Origin: Camelus ferus
Taxonomy: Eukaryota
Assembly (NCBI RefSeq): GCF_009834535.1
Contig: NC_045697.1
Span: 62,560,001 to 62,624,000 of the forward strand
Direction of reading: 5' to 3'
DNA length: 64,000 nt
Shown here: piece after piece, positions 24,965 to 39,567 of the stretch
Layout of the letters: the number at the start of each line of letters is the position of its first letter
How positions within the stretch are numbered: position 1 is the stretch's first letter
Translations under genes and position numbers: made by a program
Notes under the pieces: model-generated
The model's input: the letters and a program-made list of their open reading frames with translations, nothing else
What the model was told of the DNA's origin: nothing
Databases searched by the model: none

Positions 24965-27494
24965 ATAAGATTTAAAATGAGGTGGTGGGAAAGGGACCCT
25001 GGCTTACTACTGGTGGGGGTATAAATGTGTCTAGTCGTTGTGGAGAGAAAGGTGGCAGTATCTATCAAAGTTAAAAATTGATTAAGAACATTGTATTTTA
25101 AAGAAATGACATGATAATCATATTTTACATATATAGAAATAATATAGTAAAAGGATACTCATACCATTATGTTTGTAATAGCACGTAATTGACAATACCC
25201 TAACTATCATAAAAATTTAATCTGTATAACCTACTAGGTGAAAAAGCAAGTCACAAAACAATATAAATGATGATAAAGTGTGTGTGTGCATACAGGTACA
25301 TGTCTGTGTAAGGTCTGTAGGTATGTGTAACTGAAAAGAAATTGCCTTTTAAGGATACACAGTAAACTTTTATAATGATCAAACTTAGATGGAAAAGTTT
25401 AAAAGAGGCTATCATGTTTTTCTCTTTATCTGAGATGTTAGTTTTATTCTTTTTATGATTTAAAAAAGGGGAGGGAAGTGTAAAGAAGCAAGGTAGTGGT
25501 AGAAACAGTGCCCTAAGTATTTTTTCCACCATTGTGGAGATTTCATTCATATCAGGGAAATGGTGTTTGGTAAACATTGCCACATATGCTAAGAAATTAT
25601 GTATGTCATGCAGCCTTTGTCCTCAAACATGGTTGCATTTAGATGTGGAATTCTCAATAGTAAGGAATTGCACATACTTGAGAAAGAACATAAAAGAATG
25701 CTTTCATATTTTCTAATGCAGTACTAGACAGTGAATTGAAATAGAATTCACTCATGGGCTTGATTATAGCTGTACCAAAACAGCCACAGAATGAACTACC
25801 ATGCTGGTCTTCATCTCTAACTGCTGGGTAGTGCTGTTAGTTCTAACCCTGATTCATCTCTTTAGGGCTCAAGATAACATATCCCCTTATACAGAACTCT
25901 AGTACGCAGCCAAAAGAATGGAAGAGAAATTTGAATAATTATTTTTGTAGAAGTGAAAAGTATACACAAATTATTCTAGCTGGAACTTTTAAGTCAACTT
26001 GTTGAAAAAGAGATTTTGTTTTAACATCAGAGCTCACAGTTAAGGCATTAAAAAATATCCAGTTCTCCTTTAATATACACAAATGGTTTCTGGTGGGAAA
26101 ACATTTAAATCTTGTACCTCCTTATCACTTTGCACGTTAATTTCAATAATTTTAGCATGTTTCTGATTTAAGAGTCACACCTAATATTTGTGATGACACT
26201 TATTTTACTATATACATGGTATTTTTATATTTCTCCAATTCCCTTTGATATTCTTTAGGAAAATATTATCTGTGTATTTTTAATGTCATTATGTTGATGA
26301 TAAATACATTGATGCTAAATACTTACATTAAATGAAACAGTAAAATAGTAGAATGTATTTCTAAGACATCTTCACATAAGCCTTTTCAATACTTCTCTCC
26401 TTATTTTGATTTACTGCTTTTTCCACATACACACCCTTAACTCAGACCTGCTACTGCACTAAGATTCCCATTACCATGGCCCATGAAGACCAGCCCTTCC
26501 TGATCATGACTTAATGTTCCTTCCAACAGAATTTAATTATAATGTGCTTTATAACCCCAGGATGTTGGCTTCAGCGAGTTTTCTGTTAGAAAACAACATA
26601 AAACATTGGTGGTTACAAAAAAAAAAAAACTTTTCTGATATGCTTATATGTAGATGTAACAAATGTAAATAAAAACAATGGGAAACTTAGAGAAAGAGAA
26701 GCCAGTCCAAGATGTAGTGTTTTGAGGGAGGATTTGCTGGGGTCCTGTAAGACATATTACACAAAAGCCCTTCTTGGCCCTGAATAATGTTTCAAATTAA
26801 ATATTAAAATTAATACATCCAATTTGTTTTATTTGTAAATGTTGCATCTTTCTCATTCATTATATTCCAACAAAAGAGGGGATGAATATGTTACTAGCTA
26901 TAGCATTATTTTTGTCCTATTAGAGTAAGACTTGATGCGGACAACCTGTCAAAGGCATTTCTGCCACAGAGCAGCAACAGAAGATTGATACCAGAACTCC
27001 TAAGTTCTGATTACTTACTCAAGCTTGTATCCAAGATTTCAAGGTTATTTGCCAAAAGATGCTTTCCTAAAGCACAACATGAAGGGATTTTATGAAATTC
27101 TCTAATAGTACTAAGGATCACAAAGACTGTTCAGAAAAAATAGTCATCTCTATAAAAGGCTATAGATACAAATACAGCAACCCCAGAATTGGAACAGTAA
27201 AGAATACTTAGATGTTAAGGAGTCCTCTTCAAAAATACACTTAGATTTGTGTAATAAACCCAACCTGGAGCGGGGACCCTAAGCATGTTTTGCTGGTTCT
27301 GTTAGTAATTAGTTAAGTGTTGCCCAGGTCACTTACTTAACTGCATTGGGCTTCCTTACATCATCTGTGGAATGACTCCTTATATCATTTGTGAAATGAT
27401 GGGGAATGAATAATTGCATTTTTAGCTTCCCCCAGCTATGCCACTCTATTAATTGAGGTTATCCTCCCTCTCACTAACTAGAGACTTTTTAAAA

Positions 27495-27660
27495 TTAAAC
27501 TTTTTGTTTTGAGATAATTGTGGAGTCACACATAGTTGTGAGAAGTAACACAGAGAGATCCCATGGGCTCTTTACCCAGTGTCTTCTGAAGACAATATCT
27601 CATAAAAATACAGTACACTGTTACAAGTGGAAAAGTTACATTGATTCAGGTAAAATATAG
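27495..27660 (-). mobile_element. L1MC/MD 3'-end fragment
   Basis: ttgagataattgtggagtcacacatagttgtgagaagtaacacagagagatccc. Confidence 0.65.
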
Positions 27661-28897
27661 AACAGCTGACTATAGCTTTGATTCCTTAATATTTATCAGG
27701 TAAAGGGATTATAATTTGTCAAAACATACATATGTAAAGTGTGTTTTATATGGTATGTTTTATATGCTTTGTATGTTTTAATTCTAAATGTAGACCACTT
27801 TAGATGAGGCCCAGCTGAAAGTGGAAGCATCAGGTTTAAGGTCTACCTGACATAATAGCCCTCATTCTTTCTCTTCTATTACAGCATGCTGCCCCTGAAA
27901 AAATCTCCATGTCTTTGTCATTGCTTTCATGATATTAAGTTGCACTACATACATAACTGGCAATATATGGACATCTATTTCTATCAGGAAAACTTTGCTT
28001 ATGGGGCTTTGCAGAGCCACAGATCTAAGAAGATTTAAAACATGTCCAGGTCTAGGTCACCCAGCCCACCAGCCATTTAGTCAGGATTAAATTCACAGCT
28101 TCTGTCTTCTGGACTCCTGCCTGTCTTTTTCACCTTTTGTACCACAGCCTCATTCTCTGAGTGATAAATGATGGCAAAGCACGGCAGAGAAAGAAGCAAG
28201 GACACTTTTGAAGGAGTCATTTGTGTGTTTCAAAGGAAGAAAAGTAATTTTACAATAAAATGTGCTCAGATGCATTACTTACTTATGTTAAACACACACA
28301 CATACACACACACACTTTATCATGAAAATTTAAATGCAAAACTGTAAACCATACTATTCGGACAGTCTTCTGTCATCACCCTTCCAGTCTTCTGGGGTAG
28401 AAACACTTAAGACCTTCTGTGCCTGAAGGGACTCAGAGTGCATATGTGCCTCAGCCCCTTACAAGCACTATATTGGAGTAACAACTTATACAACAAATAT
28501 GACTTGTCTGTCTGCTAAATGTCAGAATTAGAACACTGGAGGCAAAAACAGCCCCTGCGCCCTTTGTAAGGTGGGGTACATAATTTTAATAGTTATACAG
28601 ATATATACTTAGATGCTATATGCATTTTGGAGGGAATCCATGTGGTATTATGATAATGCATAAAATGGCAATTTAATCAATTCTGAGAGTCAGAGAAAAC
28701 TCTTAAAAGAAGTAACATTTAATAAGAGAACTGAAAGTTGAAAAGAAATTTTCCGCCAGAAAGAAGCCTTGTGGCCCCAGGGGCGGTTTCATCTGAATGC
28801 TTCCTGTTCATTTACCACCGAGTCCTTAACTGGAGTTAACAGCTGTAACACTTACACATCACCTTCCATCCTGGTGACAGTTAAGTCCCAGACTGAC

Positions 28898-29409
28898 TGT
28901 ACTAGTCAGGGCTTTCCAAAGGAATGGGAGCAATAGGATACAGAGAGAGAATATAAGAGGAGACTTAATGTAGAAATTTGGTTCATGTGGTTATGGAGGC
29001 CAAAAAGTCCGAGAATCTGTCATCTGTAAGCTGGAGGACCAGGAAATTCAGTGGAATAATTCAGTTTGAACCCGAAGACCTCAGAGCCAGAGGACCCAAT
29101 GGTGTAAGTCCCAGAGTCTGAAGGCCTGAGAACCAGGGGCTCCAGTGTCTGAGGGCAGGAAAGATGGATGTCCCAGCTCAAAAAGAGAGCAAGCATTCAC
29201 CCTTCCCTTTCCTCTTTTATTCTATTCTGGCCCTTATAGGATTAGATGATGCTGGCCCACTTCTGTGAGGGTGGATCTTTTTTAACTGTTGATGGAAATG
29301 CTAATCTCTTCTGCAAACACTCTCACAGGCACATCTAAAAACAATATTTTACCAGTTATCTGGGCATTCCTTAGGGCAATCAAGATGACACATAAAATTA
29401 CCTGTCATA
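28898..29409 (-). mobile_element. ERVL solo LTR (MLT2B-like)
   Basis: tgtactagtcaggg...ttatggaggcc...tctgtaagctggaggaccagg...gaaggcctgagaaccagg...caagatgacacataaaatta. Confidence 0.9.
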
Positions 29410-30095
29410 TTAACCAAATGCCTGTCATTCACTATCAAGCTCTTATCTTTGGGACCCAAGGTCACTCTGTCCCACGTCCTTATTTTTTTCAACTGTCACT
29501 CAAATGTAGACTCCTGGGATTAAGTAGTGCTTTGTCTTATTTTCATATCAATATTGCTTTATACTTCCATTTTCTGACTCCACCCTCTCTCTCTATTCTC
29601 CCTAAGTTCCTTCTCTAAGTCTTCCATTCCATTATTAATGAACTCCAGAGATCCTAAAACTCTTCACAAAATATTTTGTGCACTTTGGAGTTAAATGAAA
29701 TCTTGTTTTCCCTAGAAGACCTTGATTGGCCTTTTCTTCTTTCAAGCAAATCTGCATATTCTCTCCTTTCTTATCTCTGAGTTGAGAGGCAGCATCTGAG
29801 CATATGTGTACTCCTCTATCATATTTAGACCCTTTATCTTCTGCCTTTTTCTAAAGATTATGTGTCATTTCATGGTTCATGCCAACTCCTAGGTGATCAC
29901 CATTTCTTTTAGGGCTACAGAACAACACAGAAGCTTTTTGTTTGTTTGTTTTAATGATGTTTAATTCTTTTCTGTAGATAACATGGTCTAGCTCCAAAAC
30001 CCTTGGGATTTATGCTGTGAAATTCCTCCAGGAGCTTGCCAAAAATTCCACACGAAATGTTTTTTTCCACCTCAAATGGTGGCTCATGTTTTTAA

Positions 30096-30617
30096 GTCTG
30101 AAACTGTGAAAGACCTGAGATGCCATTCTACTTGTGTGTTAACAAGTTAGCTGGCCTTTCTCTAACTATCTATCTACCTACCTACCTACCATATTTCTAC
30201 CTAATAACAGAAACTGCAGACCTCTGGATGAGAGAACAGACAGTTTACGCACAGAGCATCCTAGCAGTGCCCTAACTCCCCTTGGGGCAACACAGTGAGG
30301 GCTAGATATCACTTGTGCATGCAGTGGTTGCCCTATGGAAGAGGAACCCTGAAATTAGGACAACTAGAGCTTGTAGGGCAGCTGACCCATCTGCCTTCCT
30401 CCTCTCCAGAGAGAAACTTCTCTATGAAATATAAACAAATTTTCTTCAGGGAGGAGAAGAAAAAGTCCCTAGCTTTTTTCCACCACTTTGGGATATAAAC
30501 AAATGGTCCCGGGGAGGGGATATATTTTTTAGGGTTGCTATTCAGTCATCCTTTATTCAGAAAGCCAGGACCATCCAGAAATGTAAAAATAGGAGTAGTT
30601 TCACAGGTCTCTGACAC
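30096..30617 (-). mobile_element. ERVL LTR (LTR40-like), probable 3' LTR of the adjacent internal remnant
   Basis: ctgtgaaagacctgagat...ctacttgtgtgttaacaagttagc...tgcatgcagtggttg...gaggaaccctgaaattagg. Confidence 0.75.
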
Positions 30618-33330
30618 AAGTGGGAGAACTGCTTTCATAGCAGCTTGGATGGACTGCAGGGCACTTTCCTGCTCTAGATCCCGCTCAAGTCTGGCAGCCT
30701 TTCCTGACACCCACTACAGGTCAGAGCACTCTTCTTCTTAAGAGAATATTCTGCTGTAGACCCAAAGATGGTTTCTTCTCAACTTTCTACACACCTAGGT
30801 CCTCTTAGGTGTGAGATGCAATAATCTTATAGAAGATGTTTCAGCATGGCCCAGACCATTGGACCCCCTCAAAACTTGACCAGTATAGTTGGCCCTGATT
30901 CTTCATAGCATTTATCTCCTCTCCTCTGGAGTTCACGCATTTAACCGAAAGCTCTAACACATTTGCAACTTCTTGTTCATTTGGTTCTATTAACATGTCA
31001 TCCATTTAGTGTACTAATGTGGTGGTCTGTAAATGTTCAGATAGCCCAGATCTCTTCCAAATATATTATGAAAGATGACAGGAGAGTTAGTATACCCCTG
31101 AAGCAGGACCATAAAAGTATACTGCTATCTGTTCCAAATGACCGCAACTTTTTTTTAATCCTCCTCCTTAATAGGAATGGAAATGAAACCCTTTGCTAGA
31201 TCAATGACCACACACCATGTATCTAAGCCCATGTTAATTACCCACATCCTGCAGAACACACAGAATTCATCTGCTTGACTAGTGAATTAATTTGGGATAT
31301 AGTGAGGACTATCACCCCTGCATTCTTTGAGACTTTAATTCCTGCCATTCCCTCCAAGATCCAGTATTGTTTGATTTACTAACCTGGCCAGTGGAAGTGG
31401 AGTGGGATGGTGACTGTTTCAGATGCTTCCATATGGCCTTCCCCACTACAATATAACCTACTAATCAGGAGCTTATGTGGAGGTTCTAAGAACAACCAAG
31501 TGTATCCATACTAGTGATATATTCAGGGCCAGGTAGCAGAGAAATGATCATTGGGTGGTCCTGGGGACCCAGTGATCTCCCTGAGCCAACCTGGGATAGG
31601 ATTGTATTTATTTTATGCTTCACATTCCTGAGCATCAAGTTAACTCAGACCCAGTGTCTAACCTTCTTTGAAATACTTCCATATTCCCTTCCTCTTAGCA
31701 TATGGTTACTTGAGTAAATGGCTACAAGTTTCTTTGAGGAAAAACTGTGAGGATCATTCTTCTACATACGTGCTCACTTTCATGGTTTTGCAGGGTCCTT
31801 CCTCCTGAAGACTTCAGTCAGCTTGTTTCAGATCTGCAAAATGGCTCAGGTCCAGAAACTGGGCAAGTATTTGAAATATTTTATTGGCAGGTGCCCTCAG
31901 CCTTCTTTCTTGAATTCTCTTGATTACATGGATTGTTGGTTACCCATCTAGGTTGATTCTAGGGAAACTATGTTTAGTAACCATTTCCATGGTGCCCTGT
32001 GATTCGGATCCATCTCTGCCACTCCAGCTTTGCAGCTCATTGAGTTCACTGTAACAGCTTGACCTTGAGTTCACTGTAACTCCTGACAGTCAAGCGCTAC
32101 CACCTGGCTTCCACTATTTTAGAATTCTGTCATTCCTAATTCTATTATTGAGCCTAGTTGTAACAGAATCTCCTGCTGTTTCCCCCATTTACAGTGGAAA
32201 AGTCACCACTGGATTTCTTCATAATGCTAGTTCCCCTCTCACTGGCACATAATTTATCACTTTGGTAGAAGTGTCCTCCAACTCCACCCATGGAACATGG
32301 TCAGCTGGTAGATTTTCTAACTTTACATAGATAACCATCTAGCATATCTACTTCTGCCATCTGCTACTGCAGTTATTTCATTTCTATTTTACTTACTGTG
32401 GGCCAATGCTCTCTCCAAACTTATAAGTGTCATTCAAATTAAAATTATAACCATATAATTAGCATATTAAGAGTTAGCATATCAGCACCATCTTCTGAGG
32501 TCCTTGCCAGATTATTAGATTCTGTATCATGGGAGAATACCCTTATGCCAATAAACTCTTCATTTTTCAGCCTTCTGTTCCATCCAGGCCCCCTACCCAA
32601 CTTCACAGACTGGCACTCTCAGTATCCAGTCCCACATATCATTTTCCAGGCTTCTGCTGATATGTGTTGGGGAAATCATGCAACCTTTTCATGATATAGT
32701 CCATTTCCTCTCCTCCAGTCCCAGCACTTCACTGTCCATGTTCTGTTGTGGTGTGATGCTACTTCTTGGTCTGGTGGCTAGGAAAGGAGAGGGGTAGATT
32801 CTTATGGTAGGATGGGGGTACAATCTAGAGGCTGCTGCATTGTCTTCCAGCAAGGGAAAACTGGGACCTTTTGATTCCTCCTCTAACAGGGAGGTGTGGA
32901 AGCATACTGTACATCCAGAGGGTTCAAGGAGATCTGAAGCTTTAATAATCTCTACCCACATGACCCCACCCCATGTCTCAGAGTCTTACCGCTCTCCAAC
33001 TAGAGCCTTGACTTGATGTAGCTGAGACTTCAGCCTTCTTTAGAGATGAGCTACTGGCCCAGATCCTCTGCTTTTTCTGTCCTAGACTATAAAAGATAAG
33101 AGTTATTTTATATGTGGCCTAGGAGGACCTCTGACTTTCACATTTTGCTTTTGATTTGTGAAATTACCCTCAGCCTTTCAGTGTCTTTCTGCAATGCATC
33201 AATTACACTCAACAAGAGCCATCTGATTCCATTGTCCTTCTACTTATTATTTCTGAACTTTCCAAAAGCCTGAACAGCCCATGCAGTTCCCTTTTCTGGG
33301 GTTTCATCAATTTCAGCTGGAGAAAGTATA
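30618..33330 (-). mobile_element. Decayed ERVL-class internal sequence (gag/pro/pol remnants)
   Basis: Minus strand ~32690-32480 translates, with frameshifts, as LHDFPNTYQQKPG..WDWILRV..RLKNEEFIGIRVFSHDTESNNLAR, resembling ERV-L Gag. Confidence 0.75.
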
Positions 33331-35389
33331 ATAATGATTAATTGCATCAAACTTCATTCTGTTTTCTTATTTGATACCTTTCTTTTTCACTAAGCAAAAT
33401 TCAAACTGAATTGTAAGCCCCTACTTCAGTGTTGGGCACAACATAATTATTTATTAAATATGTAAACATTAGATTTCTTATAGGGGCTGTGTGATGATTT
33501 TCACTAATTCCAATAATTTATTCCTTTTTAAGAGTATACAAATGGAACAAGGGCTAATTTAAATAGCTTATATATTGGAATTGGATTCTGTCTATTGGAA
33601 ATAGTTTGCAGCTAAGCCAATGGTTATTGCTGATCTAAAATCTGCCTGGTGTGATGTGTCAGGGTCTGATGTAGATGGTTGCAGGCCATAGCCTTTGCTC
33701 AAGCTTATTGGAAGTAGACATTAGGATTCTTGACAGAAGCCTTTCTGCATATAATGAAATAAGCTTCAGTCATAGTTCTAGGTTAAAATTAGAATCAACT
33801 ATGTCAACATTAGTTGCATCAACCATATTATTTACATGGAGAAGTTATTTTATTTATACACACACACATATACACACACACACACATTTCCTATTAAAAT
33901 TTTTAAATTGAATTATGACTTAAAATGGATACCAGCAAAATTCTGGTAATGTTGCCTTAACCTGTGGAACAGAATGGAATCTGTTTTCATAGCCTCTTTT
34001 GTCTATACTCACAGAAACCTCTGCCTTTTCTTTCCAGTATAATTCCTTTCAAGGCAGAATGGCATGCTATCATGGAGGGAATGCCATTATAGCTAGTTTT
34101 TGTCCTTGAGGGTGAAGGTCAAGGTCTCCAAGTTTAACTGATTTCCTTCTTCTAAAGAAAGACAAGAAAGATGGAGCTTTGTGGAAAATCCCTGGTGTTT
34201 GCACACATGTCATTTGCCAATGTGCAAAACAGCCCAGCTTTCATCTCCTCGCCGACATCCATGCTTGGTTCCTGTCTTCTGTGCACTGCTGGTATCTGGC
34301 CCCAAATCTAACACACCAGTGAATGTACAAAGGAATCTGTTGTATTTTTTGTCATTTCTGTTCTTGCTTGAGCCCCACTGACGCTGCTGCAGCTCAGCAG
34401 TCAGCTGCTCAGACAATGAGAGCCTGTCTCTTCATCTTGCAATTTCCTGCTTTCCATTCCCAACTCCCATGATACAACAAAAGGAATTCATTAAAGGAGT
34501 TAAGTGCTTGGTTATTATCAGAGGAGGAAAACAAATTTAGCTATTTTTGACCACAGAGGTCTCTCACAACAGCCACTCAAGTCAGCTTTTTCCTGACTTA
34601 ACAGTCATCATAAAGAATCAGCCATAATTTCTACCGGTCACTTCATTATGCCAGCATAGAACGGGCAGAAGAGTAACTATGATTTGTGTTTAAAAGACCA
34701 GGGACAAATTATGTAATTATTTGAAGAACTCAGTGTTTCCTTTTATTCTTTGCTTCTTTATGTGCCACTTGTATAATCACTGAATTTCTTGGTAAGTTCT
34801 GAATGTAAAAGCAAGTAAGGCTGATACATGATTATTTTTATGGAGAGCAAATAAAAGACTTTCTTTGTTAACTTCAACAGTGACAGAGTAAAATTCTTTA
34901 AAAGCCTTCAGAGATACTAATATCCTGTACTGCTTAAAAGGAAACCCTAGCTTATTTCTAAAAAGACATCAAACCCATGTAATTTTGATATATATGCTAG
35001 TATATAGAAAAGTTATGATATTCTTTTATCATACCACTAAGTTTTCAACTTTCTATCAGATTTAATAGAGTTGAATGATTACATTCCACATGAAAAGAAC
35101 AAAGAGGAAAAAAAGAAATGTTAAAGCCTATTGAGCTGACTTTTTTTGGTTGTTTAGGTATATACTTATATAAATAAAACAGAATGCATTTTGTCATGCT
35201 TCTCTCTGTGTATTACAAAGGAAGACTGAGCATGTATTTTAGTTGTATCACTGAACTGGGAAATAATCTGCTCTTAACTGGTAAACAAAAATTCTCAAAG
35301 ATACAATCATCAACTTTGATAATCATTAAAATTTAACTAGGTCAACTCTAACTCTTTTCTTTTTGGCTGTAGGAAATAGCTTTTGGGTT

Positions 35390-35810
35390 AGTGTCCAGCT
35401 AACAACCATTCTCCCTCTTTGGAAACTGCCTCTGATACAGAAGAGGGTCTGCCTTGGTCCTGGCTGTGCTGTAGAGGCCACTTCATCTGCTGTGGTTGGT
35501 TGGGTCAGAGGTGGACACCTCATTTAACCCGTAGCCATTACATGATCCCAGGAATGTAGGAAGTTGAACTGAGAGACACAGAGGCTGTGAGCTGCTGGTA
35601 GTTGAGTTGTATTCATGACAGTGCCCCAACACCTGTGAACTCCAGCAACTAGAACCTGCTCTGATACCTGCTTTAGCTGAGACCCAGTTATTTAGCTCTA
35701 GCTAAGCCTTTGTGAGATGTACCAGTATCTTCCTAAGAGTATGTTCACTTGCTTAATCTGGCTCCAGTTGGTATCCGTTACTTGTAACCAAATGAAACTC
35801 AATTAATGTA
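35390..35810 (+). mobile_element. Ancient ERVL/MaLR-type LTR
   Basis: ggttgggtcagaggtggacacc...cagttggtatccgttacttgtaaccaaa...aattaatgta terminal motif. Confidence 0.5.
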
Positions 35811-38800
35811 TTGTCTAATTGTATAATGCATATACAATTGTTTTCACATTGTAAATATTAATGCCATTGTACATTTCTCCTGCCTACTAAGAAATGTACA
35901 ACAAATATTTTTCTCCAAAAATTTGTACTCAAATTAGAATTTTTGCATAAACCATTATGAAACAAAATTTCAAAGGTATCCATATTAGAAAACCTATCTT
36001 TTAATATTTCAGTTTATTGAATATTACTGACAAAATATGCCCTCAGTCAAACTATACAGAAGGTAATCAGTCAAAATCTAATTAATTTAAATAAATTCAG
36101 TTGTTATATTTTTGTATAACTATATTCCTAGAAAGTTTATTTCTACTGCTCAGTATACCACATTAATTTTTGAGAATTCAGTGTTCTATCTAATGACAGC
36201 AGTGTAAAAGGTAGTTGTTAAAGGACACAGTGTAATAAAAATGAGCATTTTAAATAATGTTACTTGTGTAACATAGATTTTTAACAAAAGAGATTCTCTA
36301 AAAATATTCATAATCCTTTTTTAAGTGTACATCCTCTTGCCATTTTACAAGTAAGGAGTAATATCAGCTTCCAAAGCAACCTTTAGGCAACATAAAAATA
36401 GCATTTTATAGTGAGGTATCAAGTAAGTGATTCTCCATCTCATTTACTACACACACGAAAGCCAGTTATCAAAAATTCATCTTATTCTTGGTGGATAAAG
36501 TAGTAGCTATTTTTGTCCTTTGTTCCCTTGTGTGATTGTCAGCTTCTTCTATTCCTGGAACAAATCTTCCCAAATGCATATATGCAGTCTCATGATCATC
36601 ATGGCTGCTCCATGAATATTAGGGAATGAATAAGTCTTCATACTCACCTCTCTGGGAGGCTAATGAAGAACAGATGTGGCAAAAACAAGATGGTGCAGCT
36701 AGAGGAGAACACAGAAGCTATAAAACATTAGTGTGAGCAAAGGGAATACAAGAAAAATACCAGTTGTCAGTTTAAACGGAGTCCATGGATATAATTGAGC
36801 AGCTGATAAAGTAGGTAGGAAGGAAAAGGATGACGTGCAATCTTTCTTTCTTTAGTTACAGCTGTGATCCTTGTGGAACTAAAATGTGTTTCAAATTCAC
36901 TATAAGGAACACCAATCATTTTGGTCTCTACAACAGTAGAAGCAGATCCATAGAATATTGAGCTTTAGGAAGTATGACACCATAGATCCATTATACTCAA
37001 GTTTAATTAGTGTAGAGTTTGATTCTTTCTTTTCAGTTCTGTGAGTTTGTTTTGACATAGGGTTACAATGGATTAAACTTCAAATTCTAGTAAACTGACA
37101 TGTAAAATATTATTCTTGGCTATACTTTTCACAATTACACAATTTCACCAATGATTCTATAATTCCTGGAGCTTGAGGTAAAACATTCTCTCTCTCTCTC
37201 TCTTTTTTTTTTTTTCCTTATCTGTTTTTTACTGTTCTGATCTGGTTTTGTTTGTTTTTTCTATATACTTGCTGACTAGCTAGGGAAGAAATAGTAAGGA
37301 TCCTGGGACAACAGAGCCAGGCAATATATTTTTCAAAGGTAATTTGCCCAGATGATGAAAGAATAGGTGAAGACTTACTCATCCAACTGAGACCTACCAG
37401 TCAACTTAACCAGTTGTGCAAAACTGGTTATTGCTCATTGGAGAGCAGTATGGCACTGCTTTACTCAATAAAACTTGGTTGATTTGAATTGAATTACAAA
37501 ATCCTCACTTGGTTATCAGTCACTGAATATTTGGTCAGGAAGTGCAATCTCAAATCATCATTTCCCCAAGTGTTATCCTTAAACTATTGGAACTGACAGT
37601 TCTTCCTAAAGAAGTTTCCCTGGGTAGGTGAGTTTTTGAAACACTATGTCTTACATTACACGCTTAGAGACGAACAATGCTCAAACTGTAAATGGCTCTG
37701 AAAAATACTGTAGTATAGAAGTTTAGTTTATCCATCCAATTTTTTACCTCTGTTTAACTCCCTAGAAACTACTCTTTTATAGAATAAATTTTATGAAAAT
37801 AAGAATTTAGTCAGTCATTCTATGTCTGGTAGTACAATATTATTCTTTAATTACTTAACCTCTTTTGAGTCATATCTAATTTAGAAATGGATGAAGACTA
37901 TAAATGCATATTATTTGCATATTGCATAATGGAAATTGCATATTATTTAAGGGTGGTTCTTAAAATTCACCACTGGCACCATGTTAAGAAAGCCTGAAAC
38001 TTTTGGTTCACTCACAAATTAAGCTCCCCTTTTGGTACTGCTACCATAAAATACATTAGCTGTTGATTAAAATTTTGCAGGGTTTTACTACTGCCCTTTG
38101 CTTAATGGACTGTGTGCTGTTTGCCCTTGTCATGGCCCTTTTGAATCACCTGCAGTAGGAAAGCTAAAGACATTATCAGAGGGCCAAGAATAAGGAAGCC
38201 AATGTTGATTTTTTTTACCCTTGTATATGTTCTGAACTAGTATTTAGGAATATAAAATTTTGAATGCATTTCTTTCGTGGATAAAGTTCACATATGTATT
38301 AGAATTTCCTTACTCCATTTAAATGACTGATATTCAGAAGCATAATATTGAGCAAGTTCAAGTCTGTAAAAAAAAAAAAAAATTCTGAGCTTTGTTGTAG
38401 CCTAAAGTGCAAAGTGCAGAATATATTTAGTTAGTGTAAAGTCTATTTCAAATATATTTTAATAGTTTTTTTCTATTATTTTTCTTTTCTTCCATGTAAG
38501 TTAAAATGATGTAAATAAATGAATAGATTTTCCTTTACGATTTAATTTAAATTTCTATGTCTATGTATGTCTTACTGAATCAAAAGGCATTTTGAAAATT
38601 ACTAAATTTTCTCCAGCACAATGTACAAGAAGGTATTTCTGCATTGATAATGAAATTGGAAACTATTCCAAACATTTTCCCGTTGGTTTCTTTCGCTCTA
38701 ACTTCTTACTGTTTAAAGTTTTGTTTTTGTTTCTATTCTTCTCTTTTTATAATATTCACCATAGTAAAATAAGGAATTACTATACTTTAAGCCCAAATAT

Positions 38801-38995
38801 ATATATTTATTTGGCCTGCATATTTATTTGAACAATATTTATATCATTTAAATTCTATTACACCTTACTGTTAAAAATTTGGCTTTTTCTTATAACATTG
38901 AAGATGAGTAAATGGAAATGATATGTTAAGAGTGATTTAATTATAGTGGAGTTCATTTAATCGTTGTAACAAAGTCTAGTAATACCATTATTTCT

Positions 38996-39123
38996 TTTTT
39001 GTATTTTGTGGCGGAGGTAATTAGGTTTGCTTATTTATTTATTTAGTGGAGGTACTGGGGACTGAACCCAGGACCTAGTGCATGTTAGGCATGCATTCTA
39101 CCGCTGAGCTATCCCCTTCCCCC
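38996..39123 (-). mobile_element. Camelid tRNA-Ala-derived SINE (Vic-1-like), inserted into a MIR
   Basis: Reverse complement ggggatagctcagcggtagaatgcatgcctaacatgcactaggtcctgggttcagtccccagtacctcca (tRNA-Ala-like A/B boxes), then taaa repeats, aaacctaattacc and an A tail. TSD aatacYattatttct at 38981-38995 and 39129-39143. Confidence 0.88.
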
Positions 39124-39516
39124 AAGTAAATACTATTATTTCTAGTTTACATCTAATTTTCAGAGAGAAAAGCCATTTCCTAGGGTCACATAACTAGAAT
39201 GTGGTTGAACTATAACCTAAACCAAACTATTTGAAAATAGTCAACATGTTTTTGTTTTTAAAATAATTTCAGAATAGCTGTCAGGACAAGTTTAGGGGAT
39301 ATTGTTGTTGAAATAAATAAAAGTTTGCCTTTAGAGAAGCATACTCCTGAAGTTAAAGGCACAATAATGAGTGAGTTTGTACAAAAATAGGGATCAGTTT
39401 CTTTTTTATACTTTTGTGTCTAACTCTTGTGTTCATTTTCCTTTGCTTATTGCCTATGTCCTAGGATCTAGATCCATGGCATGTCATACAGGATAACGCT
39501 TACATAATTTTTAATG

Positions 39517-39520
<4 letters not shown>

Positions 39521-39551
<31 letters not shown>

Positions 39552-39567
39552 TATACACACACACACA
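39521..39567. repeat. (CA)n microsatellite, imperfect
   Basis: Direct reading. Confidence 0.95.

Noticed and set aside
39050..39123. tRNA-Ala-like sequence
   Set aside because: It is the head of a SINE with tail and TSDs, with mutated stems and anticodon; not a tRNA gene.
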